Source of the DNA: an uncultured Gammaproteobacteria bacterium
GTDB lineage: Bacteria > Pseudomonadota > Gammaproteobacteria > UBA6186 > Azoamicaceae
Direction: 5' to 3'
Length of the DNA stretch: 64,000 bases
Assembly: GCA_963805795.1 (NCBI GenBank)
Contig: CAWDVG010000001.1
Location: 612,921-676,920 of the forward strand
The translations under genes were made by a program, and so were the position numbers. Shown piece by piece: positions 39,080 to 49,747 of this stretch. The notes under the pieces are model-generated. The model was not told the origin of the DNA. It searched no databases and saw nothing but the letters and a program-made list of their open reading frames with translations. The first letter of the stretch is position 1. Each line of letters starts with the position of its first letter.

Positions 39080-40081
39080 ATGACAACCCCTACTCATCAA
39101 CAGAACAGCGCTGTTCTTTTAGTAAACTTAGGTACACCAGAGTCACTGACTGTATTTGGGATATATAAGTTCTTAAGAGCTTTTTTATTAGATAGACGGG
39201 TCATTAATCTACCGCGTTTGCTTTGGTGGCTTATCCTTCATATTATCATTTTGCCATTTCGAACGACTCGTGTTTTAAAACTTTATCAAAACATTTGGAC
39301 CCAAGAAGGATCCCCGCTTCATGTTTGGACTGAGCGTTTAGCAGCCCAGTTGGAAAAAAAATTGAAAGCAGCAGATGCTACAGGGACGCAGGAGAAAATA
39401 CCCGTTTATTATGCCATGACCTATGGGACCCCAAATATTCCCAATTGCTTAAAATTGATTGAAAAAAATCATACCCATCGCTTAATTATCATTCCTTTAT
39501 TCCCGCAATATTCTTCTACAACCACTGGGGCCATTTTTGATAAAATCACTGATTATTTTAAAAAAAATCGCTATATTCCTTCGATGGTCTTTATTAATGA
39601 ATATGCAACGGAAGAAAGTTACATAGAGGCATTAAAACAAAGTATCGTAGAACATTGCCAGCAATATGGTTACCCGGAAAGATTATTATTTTCTTTTCAT
39701 GGTATCCCAGTTAGCTATGAACAAGCGGGGGATCCCTACCCCACACAATGTCGAAACCTTGTTAGTACCGTGGCTAGTCATTTAAATCTATCCGAAGAGA
39801 CTTGGGAATTAGGCTTCCAATCTCGCTTTGGATTGAATCGATGGCTTAAACCATCAACGGTAGGTATCCTAAAACGCTGGGCTTTGGATGGGGTAAAATC
39901 AATCGCGATCGTAAGCCCCTCATTTTCTGTAGATTGCCTGGAAACTCTAGAAGAATTGAATATTCAATATCGAAAAACATTCATTCAATATGGTGGGAAA
40001 ATCTTTCAATATATCCCCGCCTTAAATGATTCAGCACAACATATTGAAGTCCTCAAAGCCCTTGTCGATAAATATTTTTAA
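39080..40081 (+). CDS. hemH: Ferrochelatase
   Basis: VLLVNLGTP, PLFPQYSSTTTG, FSFHGIP and a C-terminal SPSFSVDCLETLEE are present. Confidence 0.88.
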   Translation: MTTPTHQQNSAVLLVNLGTPESLTVFGIYKFLRAFLLDRRVINLPRLLWWLILHIIILPFRTTRVLKLYQNIWTQEGSPLHVWTERLAAQLEKKLKAADATGTQEKIPVYYAMTYGTPNIPNCLKLIEKNHTHRLIIIPLFPQYSSTTTGAIFDKITDYFKKNRYIPSMVFINEYATEESYIEALKQSIVEHCQQYGYPERLLFSFHGIPVSYEQAGDPYPTQCRNLVSTVASHLNLSEETWELGFQSRFGLNRWLKPSTVGILKRWALDGVKSIAIVSPSFSVDCLETLEELNIQYRKTFIQYGGKIFQYIPALNDSAQHIEVLKALVDKYF

Positions 40082-40168
40082 AAAAATTGCATCAAAGAGA
40101 TGTACTTGAAGAACTTTTGTGCTATGTTTGTATTGTCCGATTGTTTACAGAAAGCCAGGAGATTAGTA

Positions 40169-40573
40169 ATGGCAAAAGCGAAACGAGCAAAGAAGGCAAA
40201 GTCAGCGAAAGCGGCAGAGCCAAAAGTAGCAAAAAAACGTTCCACTAAGAAGGCTGCGGCCAAAAAAACCGTTGCGAAAAAACGCAGCGCAGCGCCAAAA
40301 GCCAAAAAGGGAACGGTAGCCAAGAAGGCAACAGCCAAAAAGGCTACATCAGCCAAAAAGCGAACAGCAAGGAAAGCTTCCGCTAAGAAGGCTTCTGTTA
40401 AGAAGACTTCTGCTAAACGGAAAAAAACCGGTGCAAGTCGTAAGAAAGCAAGCAAAGCGAAAGCTACGGGCGCTAAAAAACGACCAGCACGACGCGCGAC
40501 TGCAGCAGGTGGCGCTAAACGTCGTGTATCCAGACGGCGTAAAGCTGCTCCCGCTATCAAGGCCGCTGCTTAA
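40169..40573 (+). CDS. Histone H1-like Lys/Ala-rich basic protein
   Basis: 134 aa made almost entirely of K/A/R/T/S repeats ([27 protein letters not shown]...). AGGAG lies 8 nt before ATG 40169, and a strong terminator follows. Confidence 0.7.
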   Translation: MAKAKRAKKAKSAKAAEPKVAKKRSTKKAAAKKTVAKKRSAAPKAKKGTVAKKATAKKATSAKKRTARKASAKKASVKKTSAKRKKTGASRKKASKAKATGAKKRPARRATAAGGAKRRVSRRRKAAPAIKAAA

Positions 40574-40594
40574 TTTAGCAAAAGCCTCTCTTCG

Positions 40595-40633
40595 AGCGCC
40601 GTACTCTGCAAAGAGTACGGCGCTTTTTCTTTT
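40595..40633 (+). terminator. Rho-independent terminator
   Basis: A 13-bp stem agcgccgtactct / agagtacggcgct with loop gcaa is followed by tttttctttt. Confidence 0.85.
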
Positions 40634-40732
40634 GGGTAACTAACAGAGTTACTGCCACCATTTACATTATCCTTTTTTTCATTATCATGATGTTTTGATA
40701 TTAACAAATAAAGATAGGTGGATAGGTCGTCC

Positions 40733-41362
40733 ATGCAATTACTCACGCCAGTTATATTAGCCATTGAAACAACCACAGATATTTGCTCAGTGAGTCTTTC
40801 TTTGGGTGATCGAATCTTAGATCGATGCGAATCCGCTCCCAGAGAACATACACGTTTGCTATTGCCCATGATAGATAGTCTACTTCAGGAAGGCGGTATA
40901 AAACTTTCTGATTTGAATGCCTTCGCATGTACGGTGGGTCCAGGAAGCTTCACTGGGGTTCGCATTGGAACCGCTGTCGTTCAGGCTTTAAGTTTTGCAT
41001 CTAATAAACCTGTTGTTTTGATTTCAACACTGCGCGCCATCGCGCAACATGCTTACCTAAGCGAGCATCATGAACATGTGTTTGCTCATTTGGATGCAGG
41101 ACAAAAAGAAATATACGGAGCCTGCTTCGCTATCGATCAGTTTGGCATTATGCAAGCAATAACCAAAGAAAGCATCCTTAATCCCAATCAATTGCTTTTA
41201 CCAAAAGGTAACTGGATTTCTGTGCATGACTTGCCGAATGCACGTGGCTTATTACAGATTGCGAAAATGGAATTTGCAAGAGGTAAAGTGGTGTATGCTG
41301 AACAAGTTCAACCTGTTTACTTGGATAGAGAGCATTTGTTTAAGAAAAGTGGATCCTTATAG
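40733..41362 (+). CDS. tsaB: tRNA t6A37 biosynthesis protein TsaB (YeaZ)
   Basis: ILAIETTTDICSVSL and VGPGSFTGVRIG are present. Confidence 0.82.
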   Translation: MQLLTPVILAIETTTDICSVSLSLGDRILDRCESAPREHTRLLLPMIDSLLQEGGIKLSDLNAFACTVGPGSFTGVRIGTAVVQALSFASNKPVVLISTLRAIAQHAYLSEHHEHVFAHLDAGQKEIYGACFAIDQFGIMQAITKESILNPNQLLLPKGNWISVHDLPNARGLLQIAKMEFARGKVVYAEQVQPVYLDREHLFKKSGSL

Positions 41363-42502
41363 AACGGGTAGCATTAATTTTTCTAATATTTTTTCATATA
41401 GATTTGTTAATTGATTCAGCTCTGCTACAGAAACATTTTCATTTATTTGATGAATGGTTGCGTTACGGGGACCAAGTTCAATGACTTCCCCACCTGCGGC
41501 GGCAATAAAACGGGCGTCTGATGTTCCGCCATCGGTGGTTAAGGCTGGTTTGACTTGCTGTAGTTCTTCTATTGTCTCTATAGTTGTAGATAATAATTGT
41601 CCTTGGGGAGCTAGAAAAGGTTGGCCAGAAACTTCCCAGTCAATGCTGTAATCCAGTTCATGTTCGTTGAAGATAGCCTGCACTTCTGCTTTTAGTTTTT
41701 CGCTGGTTTGTTCGTTTGAAAATCGGAAATTAAATTGGCAATCTAAATGTCCGGGGATAACATTGCATACGCCAGTGCCTGCGTTAATATTGGATATTTG
41801 ACATGTGGTGGGTGGAAAAAATTGATTTCCTTCATCCCAGGTTTTACTAAGTAATGTTAAAAGAGGTTTCATAGCCAAGTGAATCGCGTTTTTAGCTTTA
41901 TGAGGATAAGCAACATGACCCTGCAAACCATGGACTTTTAGATATCCGCTCATGGAACCTCGCCGCCCAATCTTGATGTTATCCCCTAGTTTTATCTGGC
42001 TGCTGGGTTCACCTACAATACAATAATCGATGTAAATTTCTTGATTAATTAAATATTCCATCACTTTTTTTGTGCCATGATGAGCAGGACCTTCTTCATC
42101 ACTCGTGAGTATTAACGCAAGTGAACCCAGATGATTAGGGTGTTTTTCTAGAAAGTTTTCAATACTCACCACCATGGCAGCGATACTTCCTTTCATATCG
42201 GCTGCCCCCCTACCAAAGAGATAGCCATTTTCAATACTGGGACTAAAGGGTGGCGTTTTCCACTTGTTCAATGGCCCCGTGGGAACCACGTCGGTGTGAC
42301 CTGCAAAAGCAAAAAGAGGGGCTGCTTCACCTCGGATAGCAAAAAGATTTTCGACGTTTTCAAAGGGTAAAGAATAAAGGGTAAAACCCAGTTTTTTTAA
42401 GCGCTTCGCAATCAATGTTTGACAGCCTTCGTCTTTGGGCGTGATAGAAGGTCGTTCGATTAAAGCTTTGGCCAGTTCAATGGTTTTTGTGTCAGATGAC
42501 AT
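41357..42502 (-). CDS. dapE: Succinyl-diaminopimelate desuccinylase
   Basis: M20 peptidase pattern: AGHTDVVP, GRGAADMKG, SDEEG and RGSMSGYLKVHGLQGHVAYPH. Confidence 0.88.
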   Translation of the reverse strand: MSSDTKTIELAKALIERPSITPKDEGCQTLIAKRLKKLGFTLYSLPFENVENLFAIRGEAAPLFAFAGHTDVVPTGPLNKWKTPPFSPSIENGYLFGRGAADMKGSIAAMVVSIENFLEKHPNHLGSLALILTSDEEGPAHHGTKKVMEYLINQEIYIDYCIVGEPSSQIKLGDNIKIGRRGSMSGYLKVHGLQGHVAYPHKAKNAIHLAMKPLLTLLSKTWDEGNQFFPPTTCQISNINAGTGVCNVIPGHLDCQFNFRFSNEQTSEKLKAEVQAIFNEHELDYSIDWEVSGQPFLAPQGQLLSTTIETIEELQQVKPALTTDGGTSDARFIAAAGGEVIELGPRNATIHQINENVSVAELNQLTNLYEKILEKLMLPVL

Positions 42503-42682
42503 TCTTTACATCCTCTTAAAATGCAAGTCCCAAACCCAAGTTATTTTTGTCATAAAACTGAGAAAAAATATCTGCAAGGGTGGTTACAGATCATTGTTTA
42601 AAGACCCCAAATTATGGCACAATATGTCTACCCACTACACTACTCACTCAATCTTATATTGTAAAGAGGATTCCGTTTTCCT

Positions 42683-43606
42683 ATGAAAATCAAAGCATTA
42701 AAACAGAGAGCAGAAAAACACTTCCTGAAACATAAAACGCTCGTGTTAGCTCTTACCGGTATCATATTACTATCTTTACTCTCTCATGGGCTATATCAAT
42801 GGATCATGGGGCCCAAGAAAGCAGAAACTCCAGCGGGTCTTGCGATACAAACCGTACGAGTGAAAACGATTGCCATGCCCAAAGTCATTGAAACGGTGGG
42901 AGTTCTATTACCCTTACGAGAAGCCAAACTCACGGCCGCCATGACAGGGAAGGTCGATAAGATATTGGTTGAATCGGGTTCGAAAGTAAAAAAAGGCACA
43001 GCCTTATTAAACATTGTGGGGATGGCCAATCTGCTTGCACCCTTTGATGGTTTTTTAACAGATTGGAAAGTAAAACCGGGGGAATATGTTGCCTCGGGTA
43101 CAGAATTAATTGATATTTTGGATACCGATTCTCTTTCTTTACACTATCGCATTCCTGAGCAATATGCAGAAGACTTAGAAAATGGACAGAATATTTCATT
43201 CACGGTTCGAGCTTTTCCTAACCGAGCATTTAACGGAAAAGTGAATTTTATTTCCCCTCAAGTGGAACGCAAAACACATACCATTCTTGTGCATGCCAAT
43301 ATTAGTAACAGCGAACAAGATTTATGGCCAGGCATGTTTGCACATTGTCGACATATTTTAGCTATCGAAAATGAGGCCTTGGTGCTCCCTGAATCCGCTT
43401 TGAACTTATCGCTGGAGGGGTATGAACTATTGGTTGTCAAGGAAAATAAATTAACGCGTATCCCCGTGAAAATCGGATCACGTGATAAGGGTCGTGTTCA
43501 TATACTGTCAGGTATACAGAATGATGATCAGGTTTTGCTCACAAGGACCGATGCCACGAAAGAAGGAACTGTCGTCATTGCCCATGATTGGACAGGAGAT
43601 TGGTAA
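42683..43606 (+). CDS. RND efflux periplasmic adaptor (MFP) subunit
   Basis: It has an N-terminal TM/signal anchor and lipoyl/beta-barrel-like segments. It directly precedes, and is translationally coupled (TAAATG) to, the RND permease. Confidence 0.75.
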   Translation: MKIKALKQRAEKHFLKHKTLVLALTGIILLSLLSHGLYQWIMGPKKAETPAGLAIQTVRVKTIAMPKVIETVGVLLPLREAKLTAAMTGKVDKILVESGSKVKKGTALLNIVGMANLLAPFDGFLTDWKVKPGEYVASGTELIDILDTDSLSLHYRIPEQYAEDLENGQNISFTVRAFPNRAFNGKVNFISPQVERKTHTILVHANISNSEQDLWPGMFAHCRHILAIENEALVLPESALNLSLEGYELLVVKENKLTRIPVKIGSRDKGRVHILSGIQNDDQVLLTRTDATKEGTVVIAHDWTGDW

Positions 43607-46600
43607 ATGGGTTTTTTTCAAGCCTTTATTAATCGCCCCATTATGGCAACAGCCGTTAATTTACTGTTACTCATTGTAGGTTTGGTTGCGTTTGAGCATT
43701 TGGAATTAAGGCATTCCCCAAATTCTGTTCGCAACGATTTCATGATTTGCACGCATTATCCTGGTGCCAATAGTTTAGCTGTGGAACAACGGGTGACTAA
43801 AATATTAGAAGACGCTTTATCCGGTTTAGATGGTATAAAAAAACTTTCCTCTGAAAGTTCAGATGGCCACAGCCATATCCATGTTAAATTTAAATCGAAT
43901 ATCCCTCGTAATATAGCCATGAGTGAACTGCGCGATCGTATATTTGGCGTATTGAGTTCTTTGCCCGACGAGGTAAAACGTCCTGAAATTCAGGAGGGCT
44001 CTGAAGGTAGTCGGCCCATTATCAATATTGCCTTTGAAGATAATAGCCGCAGCACCGCTGCACTATCTGATTATATTCGTCGGGTAGTTGAAGATCGATT
44101 ACGTTTAATAGAAGGCGTTTCAACTGTCGAATATTGGGGTGATAAATTATATCAAGTGACCATTCAACTGGATCCCGCACTTTTAATGGAACATAGAATA
44201 ACGGCTAATGAAGTGGTACATGCATTAAAACATGAAAAACCCTTTGCTTCTGCAGGAGAAATTGAAAAAGAAATCGGGAAAAAAGCGGTGGTGTTATCTG
44301 CTGCCGTTGCTGCCCCACAGGAATATGCGGATATCATTATTAAAACCACAAAAGAAGGCTCTATAAGAATTCGAGATGTGGGTGAGGTCAAAATCACAGA
44401 AAAATCTACCCACCTTAGAATAAGAGTCGATGGCGATCCCATGGTGGTATTGGGGGTGAATGCTAAACCCCAGGCTAACCCATTACAGGTAGCCGAGCGT
44501 GTTAGGAATTTTGTTAAAGAATTAAATCATTCTATTCCCAGCAGCATGAAAATGTTCGTTAGTTTTGATGCCTCTGTGCCTTTTGAAGCTTCCATTACTT
44601 CTGTAAAACATACACTCTGGGAAGCTCTCTTTTTAGTGGGTATTATTGTAACCGTTTCGCTAGCTTCCGTACGGGCAGCTCTATTTCCCATGATTACGGT
44701 GCCACTCTGTTTAATTGGATCTTTTGCCTTAATGTGGATATTCGGTTTTAGTATTAATCCTATTACTTTGCTTGCCTTAGTTTTGGCAGTGGGGTTGGTG
44801 GTGGATGATGCCATTGTGGTAGTCGAAAATATTCATAGGCATATGGAAGAGGGATTGTCTCCGTTGCAGGCCGCCCGTAAAGGCATGAAAGAAATTACCT
44901 TTGCGGTTATTGTCATGACAGTCACTTTAGCAGCTGTTTATATGCCAGTTGCTTTCCAGGCCGATGACACTATGGTGATGTTTAAAGAATTTGCCTGGAC
45001 CTTAGCCGGTGCAGTCATTATTTCCGGCTTTGTAGCGTTAACGCTCACGCCTGCATTATGCGGAAAATTTTTGAAAAAAGCAGAAAAAGTTCGGGCCTGG
45101 GATAAGCTAACGGATCTCTATCATCAATCCTTACAAAAAGCTTTAAATCATCCTCGTGTGGTTTGCGGTTTTGCATTAGCCATTGCCTTATTAGGTGTTT
45201 GGGGTTTTATGCGTCTTCCTGCTGAATTAATGCCCTTAGAAGATGAGGATTATATTCAAGGTTATTTTGATTTTTCAAATGCTGTGCCGGATGCCTTACG
45301 TCATAGTTGGTTTGATGAAGTCGAAAAAATATTAAAAACCATCCCTGAAAAAAAGCGTATTGCAACGGGCGATTGGCAACAGCGTTGGGTATGGTGGAAT
45401 CTACAATTAAAACCAAGAGCAGAACGGGATAGAGACTTTAAACAAATTTCAGCTGAATTACAGCCTAAATTAGCTAAAATCATCGGGCCTAGAGTGGGTA
45501 TACAGTTAGGGGAGGGTAGTGGGCTAGATGGGGACGATTCCTTAAAGGTGGTTTTGCAATATGCTGCTTCTTATGATCAAATAATAAAACTAGTGAAAGC
45601 CATTATGGAGGAAGCTGAAAAGAAACCAGAATTTCAACGTTTGTCTAGCGAGGAAACCTGGGATACTTCTAGAATAAAGGTTGATGTCGATCGATCTTTT
45701 GCTCAGGAGGTAGGTGTGCATCCTGAAGTCATTGAAGATACTTTATACACATTTTTATCGGGAACCAAAGCTAATGTTTTTAACTTTCAAGGCTTTGATT
45801 ACGATGTTATCGTGCAGGCCAGCCTGCCATTTCGTTCTGATCAGAGTAGTTTGAATCAATTTTTTGTTGCTGGAGCTGAAGGTCAATGGATTCCTTTGGG
45901 AAGTTTAGTAAATATTAAAGAAGTCAATGAACCTCAGAAATTAAAACATTATGAACGTATTCGAGGAGCCGCTATTTCCATTGTGACAGAACCCAGAGTA
46001 TCACTTGAACAATCCATTAAAGCTTTAGAACCGATCATAAAAAAACATCTACCTGTGGGTGCCAGCTATCATTTTGCGGGTAAAGCGGAAAAATACCAAG
46101 AATCCAAACATGCCATGTGGTTAACCTATGCTCTGTCTTTGATATTTATTTATCTGGTTTTAAGCGCATTATTTGAAAGTTTTATTAGCCCCTTTGTGGT
46201 ACTATTAACGGTTCCTTTATCGATAACGGGTGCCATGTGGGCAGTGAATGCCTTTGGTGGAACGAATAATATTTATACTTCGATAGGACTTGTTACCTTG
46301 GTAGGGCTTATTACCAAGCATGGGATCCTCATCGTGGATTTTGCAAATCGTTTGCGGGCTAAAAATATCCCCATTATAGAAGCCGTACAAGAGGCAGCCA
46401 CTAAACGTTTACGTCCTGTCCTCATGACAACTTTAGCAATGGTTTTTGGTGCCGTTCCCTTAGTGTTTAGCATTGGCGCGTTTGCCAATGCCAGAATCCA
46501 TATTGGTTGGGTCATTATTGGGGGCATGATTTGCGGAACCATTTTTTCTTTATATGTGGTACCGGTTGTTTATAGTCTAATTGGAAATGTAGGAAGGAAA

Positions 46601-46621
46601 CCCCTTCTTACAGAACTTTGA
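43607..46621 (+). CDS. RND-family efflux permease (AcrB/AcrD/AcrF superfamily)
   Basis: 1004 aa with the 12-TM/2-loop architecture. Conserved TM4 segment: LALVLAVGLVVDDAIVVVENI. Confidence 0.88.
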   Translation: MGFFQAFINRPIMATAVNLLLLIVGLVAFEHLELRHSPNSVRNDFMICTHYPGANSLAVEQRVTKILEDALSGLDGIKKLSSESSDGHSHIHVKFKSNIPRNIAMSELRDRIFGVLSSLPDEVKRPEIQEGSEGSRPIINIAFEDNSRSTAALSDYIRRVVEDRLRLIEGVSTVEYWGDKLYQVTIQLDPALLMEHRITANEVVHALKHEKPFASAGEIEKEIGKKAVVLSAAVAAPQEYADIIIKTTKEGSIRIRDVGEVKITEKSTHLRIRVDGDPMVVLGVNAKPQANPLQVAERVRNFVKELNHSIPSSMKMFVSFDASVPFEASITSVKHTLWEALFLVGIIVTVSLASVRAALFPMITVPLCLIGSFALMWIFGFSINPITLLALVLAVGLVVDDAIVVVENIHRHMEEGLSPLQAARKGMKEITFAVIVMTVTLAAVYMPVAFQADDTMVMFKEFAWTLAGAVIISGFVALTLTPALCGKFLKKAEKVRAWDKLTDLYHQSLQKALNHPRVVCGFALAIALLGVWGFMRLPAELMPLEDEDYIQGYFDFSNAVPDALRHSWFDEVEKILKTIPEKKRIATGDWQQRWVWWNLQLKPRAERDRDFKQISAELQPKLAKIIGPRVGIQLGEGSGLDGDDSLKVVLQYAASYDQIIKLVKAIMEEAEKKPEFQRLSSEETWDTSRIKVDVDRSFAQEVGVHPEVIEDTLYTFLSGTKANVFNFQGFDYDVIVQASLPFRSDQSSLNQFFVAGAEGQWIPLGSLVNIKEVNEPQKLKHYERIRGAAISIVTEPRVSLEQSIKALEPIIKKHLPVGASYHFAGKAEKYQESKHAMWLTYALSLIFIYLVLSALFESFISPFVVLLTVPLSITGAMWAVNAFGGTNNIYTSIGLVTLVGLITKHGILIVDFANRLRAKNIPIIEAVQEAATKRLRPVLMTTLAMVFGAVPLVFSIGAFANARIHIGWVIIGGMICGTIFSLYVVPVVYSLIGNVGRKPLLTEL

Positions 46622-46650
46622 ACGGGAAGGCTTGCGCAGTTCGCACCCCC
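46618..46650. repeat. Dispersed small repeat, family 1 (partial copy)
   Basis: ttgaacgggaaggcttgcgcag...cccccc matches 7399-7430 with one substitution in the first 22 nt. It overlaps the RND stop codon. Confidence 0.6.
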
Positions 46651-46722
46651 CTTTTATACCCTTGACGTTTATCTCCCCATGTTCCACAATACATACATGT
46701 TGTGCTTTTTCTTGTGTGTAGT

Positions 46723-46738
46723 CCACAAGATATTGGGT
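46723..46738. promoter_or_regulatory. NrdR-box-like site upstream of nrdA
   Basis: ccacaagatattgggt resembles the NrdR box acaCwAtATaTwGtgt. A second, poorer palindrome, cacaat-N10-ttgtg, lies at 46685-46704. The spacing is not canonical. Confidence 0.3.
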
Positions 46739-46784
46739 TAGTAAGCCGAAATTGGAAAATATATTAACTGTGTGGAGATTCGAT

Positions 46785-49692
46785 ATGGATACAAACGTAA
46801 ACTCATTCAATTCAAGAAAGAATCTCGCTTCTGATGCTGCCACTACGTCCGAGGTCAAGTTTCAAGCAGCCAGCCATATGCCCATCCCAGGTAGTTTAAT
46901 GGTTATCCGTAGGAATGGGGCTTTGGCATCTTTTGATAGCTCAAAAATTGCTTCTGCGATTACCAAAGCTTTTTGGGATGTAGAAGGGACTGTCAATCAG
47001 AATTCAAGACGTCTAACTGAAATCGTTGAAAAATTAACCGATGAAATCATGCAGGCCTTTCTGCGCCGTTTACCGATTACAGGCGGCACTCTTTCTATTG
47101 AAGATATTCAAGACCAAGTAGAATTAGCATTAATGCGCAACGAGCATCATCAAGTGGCTCGTTCCTATGTACTCTATCGAGAAGAACATCGAAAACTGCG
47201 TGAAATGAAACTGAGTAAGCTCGGTACAGCAGAATCTTCCCTCAGCATCATTTTAGATAATGGACAAAAAGCTAACTTAGATGTTGATGAATTAGAGGCT
47301 TATGTAGAAGATGCCTGTATTAATTTAGTAGAAGTTTCCGCAGCACCTATTATTAAAGACACCATCAGAAGTTTATTTGACGGCATCCCTATTCGCGAAG
47401 TGCGAAAAGCATTAATTATGTCTGCCCGAACCTTAATTGAACAAGAACCCAATTATAGTTATGTTGCTGCCAGATTGTTATTGAAAAATTTACAAAGAGA
47501 AGCCTTGCGTTTCTTGAATTTGCCGGTTCCCAAAACTTCAAAAGAAATGACTACACAATATGCTCCAACCTTGGCCGCCTCTATTCGTCGTGGCATTGAA
47601 GTAGAACTCCTAGATCCGAAATTGCAGTCGTTTGATCTGGATCAATTAGGCCATGCCTTAAGTCCAGAGCGGGATTTGCAATTTACTTATTTAGGTTTGC
47701 AAACTTTATATGATCGTTATTTCTTACATAAAGATGGTGTGCGTTTTGAATTACCACAAGCATTTTTCATGCGCGTTGCGATGGGGCTTGCCATTGAAGA
47801 AAAAGAAAAAGACACGGGCCATTGAATTTTATGAATTATTATCTTCTTTTGACTACATGAGTTCCACCCCTACTTTATTTAATTCGGGTACTCTTCGTCC
47901 GCAATTATCCAGTTGCTTTTTAACTACCGTTCCTGATGATTTGATCGATATTTATAGTGCAATCAAAGATAATGCATTATTATCGAAATTTGCTGGTGGA
48001 TTAGGTAATGATTGGACTCCAGTGCGTGCTATGGGTGCGCATATCAAAGGAACCAATGGTAAATCTCAAGGTGTTGTGCCTTTTTTAAATGTCGCGAATG
48101 ATACAGCTGTTGCTGTAAATCAAGGTGGTAAACGTAAAGGTGCTGTTTGTGCTTATCTCGAAACCTGGCATTTGGATATCGAAGAATTTTTAGAATTACG
48201 AAAAAATACCGGTGATGAACGACGTCGTACCCATGACATGAATACTGCCAATTGGATCCCAGATTTATTTATGAAGCGTGTTATGAAGATAAAGATTGGA
48301 CTTTATTCTCTCCTGATGAAGTACCCGATTTACATGATATATATGGCAAAGCTTTTGAAAAAGCTTATACTGCATATGAAGCAAAAGCCGTACGAAGGTG
48401 AAATTCGAAACTTTAAAAAGATTTCTGCCGTCAACATTATGGCGTAAAATGTTAGGCATGTTATTTGAAACAGGCCATCCTTGGATTACTTTTAAAGATC
48501 CTTGTAATTTGCGTTCGCCACAACAACATGTTGGCGTCATTCACAGTTCTAATCTTATGTACAGAAATTACTTTAAATACTTCTGATAGATGAAATTGCA
48601 GTTTGTAATTTAGGTAGTATTAATTTACCTGCACATATCACGAAAACGGTCTTGATATCGAAAAACTTAAAGCGTACCATTAAAACAGCCATTCGTATGT
48701 TGGATAACGTGATTGATATTAATTATTATTCCGTTACCTCAAGCACGACGTTCTAACTTACAACATCGCCCTATTGGTTTAGGCATAATGGGCTTTCCAA
48801 GATGCTTTATATAAATTAAAAATTGCCTATGCATTCTGAAGCAGCAGTTGAATTTGCAGATCGATCCATGGAACTTATCAGTTATTATGCCATTGAAGCT
48901 TCTATGTGATTTGGCTGAAGAACGCGGTGCTTATGCAAGTTTTGAAGGTTCTTTATGGAGCAAAGGCATACTGCCGATTGATTCCATTGAACTGATTGCA
49001 ACAAGCACGTGGCAAATATTTAGAATCAAGATCGCAGTCAAACCTTAGATTGGGAAACTTTACGTAAACGCGTTCAAACCGTGGGTATGCGTAATTCCAA
49101 TGTGATGGCGATTGCACCAACTGCGACTATTTCCAATATTTGTGGTGTTGCGCAATCGATTGAACCGACTTATCAAAACTTATTTGTTAAATCGAATTTA
49201 TCGGGTGAATTTACTGTCATTAATCCTTATTTGGTCGCATGATTTAAAAGCATTAGGATCTATGGGATGAGGTCATGGTCAATGATCTTAAAATATTTCA
49301 ATGGCAGTGTGCAAACCATTGATCGTATTCCTGCAAGAATTAAAAATAAATTATGCCACTGCCTTTGAAATTGATCCCAAATGGCTTATTGAAGCCGCTT
49401 CGCGACGGCAAAAATGGATAGATCAAGCGCAATCACTTAATCTTTACATGGCGCAACCTTCTGGTAAAAAATTGGATGCTTTGTATCGTTCAGCTTGGAT
49501 ACGTGGCTTAAAAACCACTTATTATTTGCGAAGTTTAGGTGCAACCAATGCTGAAAAATCCACGATTACTGATGGTGCTTTAAATGCGGTAACTGCCAAT
49601 AGTAGTCAGGATACAACCAATACCTGTCAGCTATTGCTTGTTCGATTGATGATCCCGATTGTGAGGCTTGTCAAGCTAATAGCATCATTTAA
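46785..49692 (+). pseudogene. nrdA: Class Ia ribonucleotide reductase alpha subunit, extensively disrupted
   Basis: The ATP-cone (VIRRNGALASFDSSKI) and all catalytic blocks are present in order ([55 protein letters not shown]-terminal CxxC tail) but scattered over all three frames. I counted at least eight frame changes or stops. Confidence 0.85.
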
Positions 49693-49747
49693 TCTATTAA
49701 TGTAGCTTAAACATCTATATGAAAGGACAACTATCGAAGTATCTGCA

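Noticed and set aside
40078-40560. 160-aa ORF on the minus strand, antisense to the histone-like gene.
   Set aside because: It is a mirror-image artefact of the GC-rich Lys/Ala codon repeats (AAG/GCN read backwards give Ala/Phe/Leu). It has no SD, and it overlaps the hemH stop.
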